From the NCBI GenBank assembly GCA_040390045.1, contig JAZJZC010000004.1:579-64578 (forward strand): a stretch of DNA of 64,000 nt, in the 5' to 3' direction. The notes beneath the pieces were generated by a model that did no database searches, was not told where the DNA came from, and worked only from the letters and a program-made list of their open reading frames with translations. The stretch is from Patescibacteria group bacterium (GTDB lineage Bacteria; Patescibacteriota; Minisyncoccia; Phycocordibacterales; SIBU01). Made by a program: the position numbers and the translations under genes. Positions 38,361 to 47,535 of the stretch are shown in pieces. Every line of letters begins with the position of its first letter. Within the stretch, counting starts at the first letter, position 1.

Positions 38361-38996
38361 CTAGCAAAAAGTAGTGGTTACAATAGTAGCAGTTTCTTCG
38401 CATGTTTTGCACACCCCGGTTACTCCAAGGATCGCCTTGTCCTCGCAATTAAAACATTCACCGATTATAAGTATTGCCGTGCAATCCCGGCAGATCGGGC
38501 TTCCCTCGTCCGTTCGAGCTACAGCGATTTTGATTTCGCCGCAATTCGAACACAGCTCGGGTTGTAAACGACCAAGTGTGCGTGTTTTGCGTCTACAGTA
38601 ATTACAGATAGGTTTATCACCTCTCGATGCCGCTTTTGAGATCCAAACCTCACAGCAACAGGAGCAGAGTCTGGGGTTGGGTGGATGTTTCAGGTAGCAT
38701 GTACCACAAATCGCGGCACCATCTTCTGTACGTCGATTGACACGTCTGACTAGCATGCATTTCGAGCAGGTCTCATAATTGACGGGATCCTTATAGTAAC
38801 AGCTTGCACAAATTGGCCCTGTACCTTCAATGTGTTGAGTCACGAAGCGAAGATTGCCACATCTTGAGCAGTTTTCTTTGTGCGCGCGAGTACGATAGTA
38901 TTCTTTCGAACGGCAAGCAACACAGATGAAGTTGCCGGTTTCTCTTTTTTTGCTACCTTTTTTCTTCTTGTTGCAAACTGAACAAATTGCTTCCAT
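38361..38996 (-). CDS. basic Cys-rich protein with six tandem CxxC...CxxC zinc-ribbon modules
   Basis: 24 Cys in 211 aa, arranged as repeated CxxC-(16-18)-CxxC units. Lys/Arg-rich. Confidence 0.5.
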   Translation of the reverse strand: MEAICSVCNKKKKGSKKRETGNFICVACRSKEYYRTRAHKENCSRCGNLRFVTQHIEGTGPICASCYYKDPVNYETCSKCMLVRRVNRRTEDGAAICGTCYLKHPPNPRLCSCCCEVWISKAASRGDKPICNYCRRKTRTLGRLQPELCSNCGEIKIAVARTDEGSPICRDCTAILIIGECFNCEDKAILGVTGVCKTCEETATIVTTTFC

Positions 38997-39087
38997 TTTG
39001 ACTCCTTACTATTAAGTTTCAAACCCTTGAGACGCCTCAAGGTCAATACTTTTTCTCGGCGGACAATAACATCATGCGAGGCTTGCG

Positions 39088-39681
39088 TCAATTTTTCTCA
39101 ACATCTTTTTTCAACATTGCTCGTCGAATCATAAGCATCACGCTAAAGGCTAGGTTGGCAAGTACCCAAGTAATTGGATACAGCAGTGTGAGAATATTAA
39201 ATTGCTGCAATGCAAAAATACTCAAGCCGTGGCGAATAGTAGTTATCTGATACATAAATAAGGTTTCAGAGTGAGGTTCCTTCCAGGATTTTCGTATGGT
39301 TGGGAAAAAACCAAAAACATCGGTTGAAACGATAAGGATAACGGACAATACCGGTTGTTTTGCAAAAATCCAAAGAGCCAAAGAAGTAAGAGCGAGAAAG
39401 AGAAAAGCCAAATCTAGTTTGGTAATCTCTTTATTTCCATTTCGTATAGAAAGTAGAAGAACTATAAAACAAATAGTCGCGGTGACACCAGTTGTCCACG
39501 CTCCAACTCCAGCACCACCGCTAATTTGCAGAGCCCAAGAAATAGTAACAGCGAGAGTCCACACGAGCCAGGAGAAAATATGCGGGACCGTTTTTCCTTT
39601 TACAGTGTCACGAATATACGGAGCGTATCCGACAAAGACAAGCGTGACTGCGACCAAGCTAATAATAATTTTGTAGTCCAT
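39088..39681 (-). CDS. hypothetical membrane protein
   Basis: 197 aa with 6 predicted TM helices. Confidence 0.45.
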   Translation of the reverse strand: MDYKIIISLVAVTLVFVGYAPYIRDTVKGKTVPHIFSWLVWTLAVTISWALQISGGAGVGAWTTGVTATICFIVLLLSIRNGNKEITKLDLAFLFLALTSLALWIFAKQPVLSVILIVSTDVFGFFPTIRKSWKEPHSETLFMYQITTIRHGLSIFALQQFNILTLLYPITWVLANLAFSVMLMIRRAMLKKDVEKN

Positions 39682-39689
39682 TTTATAAA

Positions 39690-39844
39690 GGCGGAGGAGG
39701 GGGTGAGATTAGGTCACAAGTATTTTCTTGCTAGAAAATCTTGCGACCCCGCCTCGCGCCGTCGCGCTCCGGCTTTCGAATCCCCCTCCTTGCTCGCAAT
39801 GATGAACTGCTCGGACTTCGTTTAGAAGTCCTTACAGCTCATTG
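39690..39844. repeat. tRNA-3'-associated element, copy E4 (cognate tRNA-Ser CGA on minus strand)
   Basis: The far end (ggcggaggagggggtgagatt) is a reverse-complement copy of the tRNA 3' end. The middle contains an opposite-strand T-loop/acceptor copy (ggctttcgaatccccctcc) and the gcgac...gtcgc hairpin seen in other copies. More divergent than E1-E3. Confidence 0.45.
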
Positions 39845-39931
39845 CGGAGGAGGGGAGATTCGAACTCCCGAGGAGCTTTCGCCCCTGCCGGTTTTCGAAA
39901 CCGGTACATTCAACCGCTCTGCCACTCCTCC
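39845..39931 (-). tRNA. tRNA-Ser (anticodon CGA), type II
   Basis: Minus-strand sequence GGAGGAG..ACCGG-TTTCGAA-AACCGG..long variable arm..GGGAG-TTCGAAT-CTCCC-CTCCTCC-G. Confidence 0.7.
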
Positions 39932-40038
39932 GTGGATTGTGTGGATAATGCTAACACTTTTTGCTAATTTTACAAAAAATGTTATTATTTCCTCGTCTTT
40001 AATATGTTCCATGTTTTATGTTTATGGTTCATGTTCTT

Positions 40039-40110
40039 GGCTCTATCGTCTAATGGTTAGGACACGGCCTTTTCAAGGCTGGAATCGGGGTTCGACTCCC
40101 CGTAGAGTCA
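40039..40110 (+). tRNA. tRNA-Glu (anticodon TTC)
   Basis: Acceptor GGCTCTA/TAGAGTC, anticodon stem CGGCC/GGCTG with loop TTTTCAA, T-arm CGGGG-TTCGACT-CCCCG. Confidence 0.65.
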
Positions 40111-40310
40111 CAAAAATAATGAGGGCGTTGCGAAGCAATGACGGATTTTATTTTTGTAGACACTGCGGGGAGTCGAAGGACGGAGCGGAATGAGACTCAG
40201 CAGAGTCGAACCGCGAGTCGGGGTCGCGGAAATTTCTGAGCGAGGGCGAAGAAATTATCTGTGACCGAAAGCGTACTCGCGGCTCCCAGTTAAGGTCACA
40301 AAAGCGGTTT
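40111..40310. repeat. tRNA-3'-associated element, copy E5 (cognate tRNA-Glu)
   Basis: Contains gcggggagtcgaaggacgg (reverse complement of the tRNA-Glu T-arm), the core-like agagtcgaaccgcgagtcggggtcgcgg, and a distal gtcacaaaagcgg resembling the tRNA 3' flank. Confidence 0.45.
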
Positions 40311-40337
40311 CTAATTAGTTTTAACTTAATCACAAAA

Positions 40338-40778
40338 ATGCCCAACGATTTTGAAAAACAACAGCCAGCAGAAATACCTCACAACCCGTTTAATACCAGT
40401 TCTGGCTTAACTCATGACTATGCAAACAATCTTCTCATTCTCGAGATGCGTATAGCCTCTTTTGACGAAAGTTCTCAGGAAGCAACAAAAAAATTTCATG
40501 AATTAGAGATTTTAAAATATTCACAAGAAAACCCTGCTTCTCGTTTTCCTGGCGCGTATAATGATAAAACAAGACCAATTATCGAAGAACTAGATGGCTT
40601 AACTGAAAAATTAAATTTAGCCGTTAAGCGAGAAAAGATAGAGGTAGCGGAACTCGAAGATATTTATAACCGAATGTCGGAATTAATATTTGGTAATGAT
40701 CGATTTCACTATGTGGATTGGACAGGGAGAGGTTTGCATAAACCAAAGCCTCAACCTAAGAAACCTCGTATAATCTAA
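40338..40778 (+). CDS. hypothetical protein
   Basis: 146 aa, hydrophilic. Confidence 0.4.
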   Translation: MPNDFEKQQPAEIPHNPFNTSSGLTHDYANNLLILEMRIASFDESSQEATKKFHELEILKYSQENPASRFPGAYNDKTRPIIEELDGLTEKLNLAVKREKIEVAELEDIYNRMSELIFGNDRFHYVDWTGRGLHKPKPQPKKPRII

Positions 40779-40921
40779 ACGTGCTTCAAACCCAATCAGT
40801 TCAATCCGCAAGACCTTGGTGTTTCGAGTTCGTGAAAGTAAAGAAGAAATCGTGGCAGACCCCATCTCTAAAGTCCATCCAAGCTATCGAATCATTACGG
40901 GAATATTGACTTCTGTATTTA

Positions 40922-41218
40922 ATGTTGTATTGTAGTCACAGACCAGAATATCAAGCAGTGACTACTATGATAAAAATCTTTACCTGGGCGATCTCTTCTT
41001 TCATCCTTTGGGCCACGTACTTCCATCTCAATGCGTTGCCTGAAGTTCAGTTTGAGCTCAATCAGCCGGTAGACCGAGCTCACCTGACATGGTCAGTGGT
41101 CGCGGTCTGCGTCAGTCTCGTTTTCGGGGTGCTGATTACATTGGGCTGGCCTTTGTACGTCTTTTGGGATCGGGCCCAGGACAGATTGGCAAATGCGATA
41201 GCTCGGTTCATTTCCTGA
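40922..41218 (+). CDS. hypothetical small membrane protein
   Basis: 98 aa with 2 TM helices. Confidence 0.4.
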   Translation: MLYCSHRPEYQAVTTMIKIFTWAISSFILWATYFHLNALPEVQFELNQPVDRAHLTWSVVAVCVSLVFGVLITLGWPLYVFWDRAQDRLANAIARFIS

Positions 41219-41350
41219 CTGCCCCAATTTCTGTGCACTCCCCATGCCGCCATGTGATCAATTGATCATACGGCGGTTTTTTTATTCCAATAACCAAGTG
41301 AGTGGTGGTTACATCGTTTAACCTTGTACTACTTTGCCGTTGTACTATAA

Positions 41351-41770
41351 TTGTCAGCAATGAAAGTCACTGAGACAGCGGGTGGAATTGTGGTAAATAA
41401 AAATGGTGACGTTGCTATTGTCAGTAATCGAGGCGTTTCGTGGTCATTACCCAAAGGTAAAATTGATCAAGGAGAAACTGATTTGGCGGCGGCCATTCGC
41501 GAAATCTATGAAGAGACGGGGATTACTGATCCAACGCTTGTTCGCGATTTGGGAACGTATGAACGATATAAAAATGGTCCAGGCGGAACTGAAGATAAAA
41601 ACGAATTAAAGAAAATTCACATTTTTTTATTTACTTCAACTAAAGAAAAATTACAGCCAGTTGATAGTCATAACCCTGAGGCTCGCTGGGTTACAAAGCT
41701 TCAAGCTCTAAAACTATTGACGCACGCTCGCGATCGGGATTTTTTCCAAGGTGTCATTGATTTGATATAG
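41351..41770 (+). CDS. NUDIX hydrolase
   Basis: Nudix box GKIDQGETDLAAAIREIYEETGI. Confidence 0.7.
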   Translation: MSAMKVTETAGGIVVNKNGDVAIVSNRGVSWSLPKGKIDQGETDLAAAIREIYEETGITDPTLVRDLGTYERYKNGPGGTEDKNELKKIHIFLFTSTKEKLQPVDSHNPEARWVTKLQALKLLTHARDRDFFQGVIDLI

Positions 41771-41836
41771 ATTCTAACTTGGTGTAGATTGTTGGAGTAA
41801 TAAGAGGCGGGGTGGTTTTTGTAACGTTAATATTTT

Positions 41837-41909
41837 GGGCGGTTAGCTCAGTTGGTAGAGCATCTCATTGACGTTGAGAGGGTCAGAGGTTCGAATCCTC
41901 TACCGCCCA
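41837..41909 (+). tRNA. tRNA-Val (anticodon GAC)
   Basis: Acceptor GGGCGGT/ACCGCCC, anticodon stem TCTCA/TGAGA with loop TTGACGT, T-arm AGAGG-TTCGAAT-CCTCT. Confidence 0.85.
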
Positions 41910-41926
41910 CATTGAGTCCACGAAAT

Positions 41927-42082
41927 GTGGGCGGTAAGGAGGCAAATTGTTTTGCCTCCGTGAGGATTCGAACAGCGGAACCATGTTTTTTCAGCAGAAA
42001 AAACAGGTGAGCTGGTGTCCAGACCAAAGTGAGCGACGGCGAGCTTTGAGTCGCGGGCGAATCCTTTACTTCTACCGCCCAC
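41927..42082. repeat. tRNA-3'-associated element, copy E3 (cognate tRNA-Val)
   Basis: Begins with gtgggcggtaagg (reverse complement of the tRNA-Val acceptor 3' end) and ggattcgaac. Core: caggtgagctggtgtccagacc...gagcgacggcgagc...gagtcgcgggcgaatc. Ends ttctaccgcccac, identical to the tRNA-Val 3' end. Confidence 0.65.
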
Positions 42083-42291
42083 AAAATCAGAAATAAAGTT
42101 TGTCCTCGTCCTATCCCGTCTCGGACTACCTCGTCGGGTAATAGGCGAGGAACCGGGGCAAACTTTGTTGTAGATGTGTCGGCTCCGCCGATTCATGCGT
42201 GCGTTGCGGATTCATCCCCGCCACAGACGGACGGGTGTTCTCCGCAGTTACAATAAAAAACCTCCGCCTAAGCAGAGGTTGGGGACAGAGA

Positions 42292-42726
42292 TTACAAGGT
42301 TTCGGCGAACCACACGTAACGCCCGGATTTTTGGGCGACAATACGGGTGCAGTGGCTCTCGGGGTCGCTATCCAATTTCAACCGGAGCGGCGCCACGTTG
42401 CGATGGTAGACAGTGCCGTACTTATAGGCGTTGGAGAGAAACACCGCGCCGGCCACATTTTTCAAGCGCTTAGTGTTGATCTCGAGTTGCCGTCGTCCAG
42501 CCCTTTTTTGCAGCGGACAAAGAACCAGCACGCGGTGCGCGCCGGTATTTGCTAGCAGGTCGCGGGGTGTGGTGATCGAGTGAACGGTCAGCTGGCTGCC
42601 GTTTTTGGCGAAGAACCTGACCATAGCCCCTTTTCCAAAAGGAACGCCCTTTTTTGTGGTCTGAAGTTCCCCAATTGCCTCGTGCAACGGACTCTTAGTG
42701 CTACCCATAGTTTCCTTTCCTGACAA
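42292..42726 (-). CDS. hypothetical protein in GC-rich island; weak Tpt1/KptA (RNA 2'-phosphotransferase)-like pattern
   Basis: About 55% GC, which is locally atypical. HSITTPRDLLANTGAHRVLVL loosely matches the Tpt1 central motif YHGTxxxxLxxIxxxGLxxGxRxYVHL. It appears N-terminally truncated. This is a weak call. Confidence 0.25.
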   Translation of the reverse strand: MSGKETMGSTKSPLHEAIGELQTTKKGVPFGKGAMVRFFAKNGSQLTVHSITTPRDLLANTGAHRVLVLCPLQKRAGRRQLEINTKRLKNVAGAVFLSNAYKYGTVYHRNVAPLRLKLDSDPESHCTRIVAQKSGRYVWFAETL

Positions 42727-42839
42727 TGAAAAAACATTGCCATTTCTGCGTTTTTAGTGTCTTGTACTGCTACAAGTTAGTCTAACAGGGTTTATGGTTT
42801 GTGCAAGTTCAGAGTTAATTTTCTGATTCTTGAATCTTT

Positions 42840-43778
42840 CTACTGCGTGTGCAAATACATGTAAATATCCTCAAGAGCTTTGACGGCATCACCCGCGGCG
42901 ATGTTGTTTTGGTGATAGAGTCCATTCGTACAATCCCCAGCACTCCATATACCACTGACAGAGGTTCTTTGGTTTCTAGGGTCAACCACGATTTGTCCTA
43001 TTGCATCTCGTTCGACAAGGTTTGCAACCAAATCAGTCGATGGCACAGAACCCACTTCAACGAAAATACCTTGCGCGGGCAATTCAACAATTTTTCCTGT
43101 TTCTCTTTCTTTATACACGATCGCTTCAACAAATTTATCACCCTTCACTTCCAGAATTTCCGTATCAACAACTCCGCGCATTTTTGGATGGGAAAGAACT
43201 TTTTTAACAGTCACAGGATCAGCTCGGTATTCTTTGGAGCGTTGTAGCAAAACCACACTCTTAGCGTACGCCAAAAGTTGGGCGGCCGTTTCAAACCCAG
43301 CGTTGCCTCCTCCAATCACCACGACATCCATGTCAGCAAAAAGGGGACCGTCGCATGAAGCGCAATAGACAACACCCTTGTGTTCAAATTTGGCCGCGCC
43401 TGGAACTTCGAGTTGGCGGCGACGGCTTCCAGTAGAAATCAAAACAGTTTTGGCCTCAAAAGATTCATCTTCGAGTTTTATATTAAAACCGGTGGGGGAT
43501 TTTTCAATGCTATTTACAAATTTCCCTTCGTGAATGTCGACGACATCCCCCGCGTAGGCTTTGAGATGTTCCTTGAGGGTTTCAGCGAGTTTGGTACCAC
43601 TGATTGAAGGCGTGCCGATCCAGTTTTGAATATCACTTGAGACAGAGCTTTGGCCGCCAAATTCTTTAGCAACAAAAAGAGTCTTCAGGCGTTTGCGTGA
43701 AGCGTAGACACCCGCGGCGACAGCCGCGGGCCCGCCACCGATGATAGCCAAGTCATATTGGGTAGATTCAAGATTCAT
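42840..43778 (-). CDS. trxB: thioredoxin-disulfide reductase
   Basis: FAD motif GGGPAAVAAGVYASR, redox-active CASCDG, NADPH motif VIGGGNAGFETA. Confidence 0.9.
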   Translation of the reverse strand: MNLESTQYDLAIIGGGPAAVAAGVYASRKRLKTLFVAKEFGGQSSVSSDIQNWIGTPSISGTKLAETLKEHLKAYAGDVVDIHEGKFVNSIEKSPTGFNIKLEDESFEAKTVLISTGSRRRQLEVPGAAKFEHKGVVYCASCDGPLFADMDVVVIGGGNAGFETAAQLLAYAKSVVLLQRSKEYRADPVTVKKVLSHPKMRGVVDTEILEVKGDKFVEAIVYKERETGKIVELPAQGIFVEVGSVPSTDLVANLVERDAIGQIVVDPRNQRTSVSGIWSAGDCTNGLYHQNNIAAGDAVKALEDIYMYLHTQ

Positions 43779-43922
43779 GATTTAAGATTAAAGAATAAAA
43801 TATTTAAATGAATTATAGCAGGGCACATATTGTAACAGCAAACTGCCCAGTTTCGCAAAGCGAAACTGGGCAGTTCTTGAATCGTGAACCTGCCTACCGG
43901 CAGGCAGGTCCAAAATCTTGAA

Positions 43923-45074
43923 TCACTTTTTGGCTCTGCGAAGAAAAGCCGGCACCGCACCCCAATCATCATCGTTGTCATCAACCACTTTCTTTTCTTC
44001 AACTTTCGGCGCAATTTCTTTTGGAGTAATCGGAGCGGTCATTGGATTGTAAATTTTACCCTTCTTTTCCTCAGCGGGAGAAGATGTGTCAGTTCCAAAG
44101 AGGCTTCGCTTGGCAACGGTCTCTGGAAATCCTGAAGCGATAACCGTAATTTTGATTTCACCTTTCTTGATTTTTTCATCACGAACGGTTCCGAAGATAA
44201 CCTTTGCGTTTGGATCGATTGATTCCGTAATAACCTTAGCAGCATCCTGAATTTCAAACATGGTAAGGTCATCACCTCCTGCAATCGAGAAGAGAACTCC
44301 TTTGGCGCCGTGGATTGAAAGTTCAAGTAGGGGAGAGTTGATTGCATTTTTGGCAGCTTCTTCTGCGCGTTTTTCTCCAGATGCGGTACCGATGCCCATG
44401 AGCGCTGATCCAGCATTTTCCATGATCGATCGAATATCAGCGAAGTCGATGTTGATAACTCCAGGAGTGGTGATGAGGTCAGAAATACCCTCAACTGCTT
44501 GTTTCAAAATCTCATCACACATCGCAAACGCGGCGCGGGCAGTGGTTTCCTTGCTGATGGTTGAAAGAAGTCGGTCGTTTGGAATGATGATGATAGCGTC
44601 GACTGATTTTTTCAATTCTTCAAGACCTTGTTCGGCAAGTCGCATTCTCTGTGAACCCTCAAAGAAAAATGGTTTAGTAACAACAGCGACAGTGAGCGCG
44701 CCAATTTCTTTTGCGGTTTTAGCTACGACAGGGGATGCGCCAGTGCACGTGCCTCCTCCCATTCCTCCGGCGATGAAAACCATGTCAGCACCCTTGATCG
44801 CTTCCTGGATTTCCTCCTTGGTTTCTTCAACTGCGCGTTTACCGAGTTCGGCGTTCATACCAGTACCCAATCCACGAGTGAGATTTTTACCAATGTGAAT
44901 TTTTTTCTTGGCGAGGGTGTTGTGCAAATCCTGCGCATCGGTGTTGACCGCAATAAATTCAACTCCTTTAACTTTGGAGTTAATCATGTGGTTGATGGCA
45001 TTTTTTCCGGAACCACCAATACCTAAAACTTTTATTCGAGCGAATGTTTCAACTTCTGGTGCAATTTGGGGCAT
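43923..45074 (-). CDS. ftsZ: cell division GTPase FtsZ
   Basis: GGGTCTG tubulin signature and the T7 loop. Confidence 0.9.
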   Translation of the reverse strand: MPQIAPEVETFARIKVLGIGGSGKNAINHMINSKVKGVEFIAVNTDAQDLHNTLAKKKIHIGKNLTRGLGTGMNAELGKRAVEETKEEIQEAIKGADMVFIAGGMGGGTCTGASPVVAKTAKEIGALTVAVVTKPFFFEGSQRMRLAEQGLEELKKSVDAIIIIPNDRLLSTISKETTARAAFAMCDEILKQAVEGISDLITTPGVINIDFADIRSIMENAGSALMGIGTASGEKRAEEAAKNAINSPLLELSIHGAKGVLFSIAGGDDLTMFEIQDAAKVITESIDPNAKVIFGTVRDEKIKKGEIKITVIASGFPETVAKRSLFGTDTSSPAEEKKGKIYNPMTAPITPKEIAPKVEEKKVVDDNDDDWGAVPAFLRRAKK

Positions 45075-45263
45075 GGGATAAAAATTAAAGTTAAAATCTT
45101 AAAATTCAAAATACAGGAAGGTTGTTAAAAAGTCAAAGAAAATTTTAGTTTTTCGTTTTGAGCTTTTAGTTTCTCCATCATAGCAGAAAGGTTTAAATAA
45201 ATACAAGCATTGACTATAGAAGGCATGTGTATTATAAGATAGCAAGCAAAATCAAGCTGAAAA

Positions 45264-45626
45264 GTGATTTTCTGCGAGTTCCAAAGGAAAATTATGGCAT
45301 CGATAGGAATTAGAAAAATGCCGGTGAGGCTCAGCCTCGCGGTCCCCGGGGGTCTCCGCGAGAACAATCGCTTTGTCGTCTTCCGTTACTGTGAAGTGGC
45401 GGTTGAAATCCCAGAAGACAAAGATTGTGTTCTCTGCTACGAAATTAACGGTTTCAAGTGGGGTTTCAAACGTCAACGTGCAACCTGGGAGTGCGGATCC
45501 GAGATGTTTGAGGTTGTTTTGGTTCCAGAGAATCCGGCTGAGGCCCTAGACATTCTAAATGATCTTAGGAGCGTAGGCGGCTCGTCAAAATGGCATGAGA
45601 CCCAATCTGTATCTCAGCTTAGCTAG
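45264..45626 (+). CDS. hypothetical protein
   Basis: 120 aa, followed by a strong terminator. Confidence 0.35.
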   Translation: MIFCEFQRKIMASIGIRKMPVRLSLAVPGGLRENNRFVVFRYCEVAVEIPEDKDCVLCYEINGFKWGFKRQRATWECGSEMFEVVLVPENPAEALDILNDLRSVGGSSKWHETQSVSQLS

Positions 45627-45633
45627 GTTTCTA

Positions 45634-45668
45634 GCCCACCGTTGCTTCAAGCGACGGTGGGTTTTTTG
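45634..45668 (+). terminator. rho-independent terminator gcccaccgttgcttcaagcgacggtgggTTTTTT
   Basis: 11 bp stem plus T6. Confidence 0.75.
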
Positions 45669-45765
45669 TTTCTAAAATTTGGATTCAAAAATCAAAAGTT
45701 GACTATTCCAGATTTATGTATTATTGTTGATTTAGAGTCAATTTCACAATCAACAAGAAAGCTAG

Positions 45766-46092
45766 ATGACCTCTAATTGCTATCTCTCAATCGTTCTTGC
45801 GAACGGAAACTCGTTTACTCCCGCGGAATCAGTGATCGAGCCGCTCTCATCGAAAACGGGTTCAATCACGCTCACATTCGGAACGAAAATTTTTACGTTC
45901 AACCAGAAAAGAGCGAAATTGGCTACCGGTGATGATGTGGTGCTTCAGCCTGTGATCGGCACCGACGAGGTGACTTTGGAAAGCTGCATCACGAGTAGCG
46001 GTGATTGGGTGTTGATTACTCCATCAATGCTGCCGGCTCTGCATCGATCTCCGTTGAGAGTTGTCACACGGAGGCATCGAGCTACTCGCTAA
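45766..46092 (+). CDS. hypothetical protein
   Basis: 108 aa. Confidence 0.35.
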   Translation: MTSNCYLSIVLANGNSFTPAESVIEPLSSKTGSITLTFGTKIFTFNQKRAKLATGDDVVLQPVIGTDEVTLESCITSSGDWVLITPSMLPALHRSPLRVVTRRHRATR

Positions 46093-46236
46093 AGAAGTTT
46101 TTACTCCAAACTACGACAAATCGGTCGTAGTTTTTTAATATTAAAGCCCCCAAATTTTGCGGCAAAATTTGGGGGCCAACATCATTCTTGATTCTTGATT
46201 CTTGAATCTACAATTCCTACCTTAAATTTGAAAAAT

Positions 46237-47421
46237 TTAAGGTAGGAATTGTTTGAGCCACCCCACAATATCCTTCCTAGCTTTTCTCGCAATTTTAATT
46301 CCACTGAGTTCAGAGTCGCCTTCATTTAATCCTAAGAGGCACAATCCAAACGCCACTGACCACGATGAGTCTTTGACTTGGCCTTTATTGCCATCGCCAA
46401 GATTGATGCTCGCAATTCGCGACGGTACCTTAAGCGCCGCTTTTGCTAAGTCTTCTATTGTTTCAATGCCCGAACTGCCACCAGTGATAATAATACCAGC
46501 TGGCAAAAGTCCGTTGCGGCCGATTTTTTTCAAGTGTGCTTCAATCAAATCAAAAATATCTGAAAGTCGCGCTGCAATTATTTCATCAAGTTTTTTCTTA
46601 GGATAGGAAACTCCTACAATCGCTCCGCGTTTAATATCCTCCGCTTCCTCGATTGGAATTCGCAGGCCGAGTGCAATGTCATTGGTCACATCATTGCCGC
46701 CGAGCGGGAAGACTTCAATAGAAATTGGAAAATTATTTTCAAACACGGCAATCGAGACAGTTTCAGAGCCAATGTTGGCAAGCACACACCCTGCCATTTT
46801 TTGAGTTTTTGAAAGCGTGACGAGGGATGCCGCAATCGGAGCCGCCACAACATCAATCGCCTCGACTCCAACTTCACCGATAGTTTCGATCAAATCGTTA
46901 AAATGATGTTCCAAAAAAGTAATGAAAAAAACTTTGGCCTCAAGCTTGGTGCCCTTCATGCCGGCCGGTTTGCCATACACCTGTTTTCCATCAACTTTAA
47001 ATTGAATTGGAATCGTGTGAATGATTCTACGGTTCAAAGAAAAAGCCACAGGAATTTCCGCTTGGCTTACTTCAATTGATTTTTTAATATCCAAATCCGT
47101 AATTTCGCTATCGGCTCTTGAAATGATGACGGTCCCTGTGGTCGTGATGCCTGAGAGTCCCATGCCACCAATTGAAATGATGGCGCGAGTAATTTTTACA
47201 CCCGAAGCTTTTTCAGCCTGATTTAAGGCGGAACGTAAACTTTTTACAGCCTCTTCTTGATTTAAAATATAACCTTGGCGTAGTCCGCGAGATTCAGAAT
47301 ATCCAACACCGATTATTTTCGGTAATTTTTTATCCAAATCTTTTTCATGCACGGTTTCAGCAACAACCACTTTGATTTGGTAAGAACCGATATCTATGCC
47401 GACTGATATGTTTCTGCTCAT
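46237..47421 (-). CDS. ftsA: cell division protein FtsA
   Basis: Actin-like ATPase fold (ISVGIDIGSYQIKVVVAE...; IITGGSSGI). Confidence 0.85.
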   Translation of the reverse strand: MSRNISVGIDIGSYQIKVVVAETVHEKDLDKKLPKIIGVGYSESRGLRQGYILNQEEAVKSLRSALNQAEKASGVKITRAIISIGGMGLSGITTTGTVIISRADSEITDLDIKKSIEVSQAEIPVAFSLNRRIIHTIPIQFKVDGKQVYGKPAGMKGTKLEAKVFFITFLEHHFNDLIETIGEVGVEAIDVVAAPIAASLVTLSKTQKMAGCVLANIGSETVSIAVFENNFPISIEVFPLGGNDVTNDIALGLRIPIEEAEDIKRGAIVGVSYPKKKLDEIIAARLSDIFDLIEAHLKKIGRNGLLPAGIIITGGSSGIETIEDLAKAALKVPSRIASINLGDGNKGQVKDSSWSVAFGLCLLGLNEGDSELSGIKIARKARKDIVGWLKQFLP

Positions 47422-47535
47422 TTAGGATTATACGAAAATACGAATGAAAACGAATATACGAAATTATACGAAAAGACCCACATTAGAAAAAAGTTTTCGT
47501 AACTCTTCGTATTTTCGTAATTTTTTTCGTATCGA

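Noticed and set aside
39845-40110. Interpreting the tRNA-flanking elements as simple rho-independent terminators
   Set aside because: They are 120-240 nt long, lack T-runs after their main stems, share a core between loci and contain copies of the cognate tRNA 3' end. Simple terminators, as seen after tRNA-Arg at 28733, look different.
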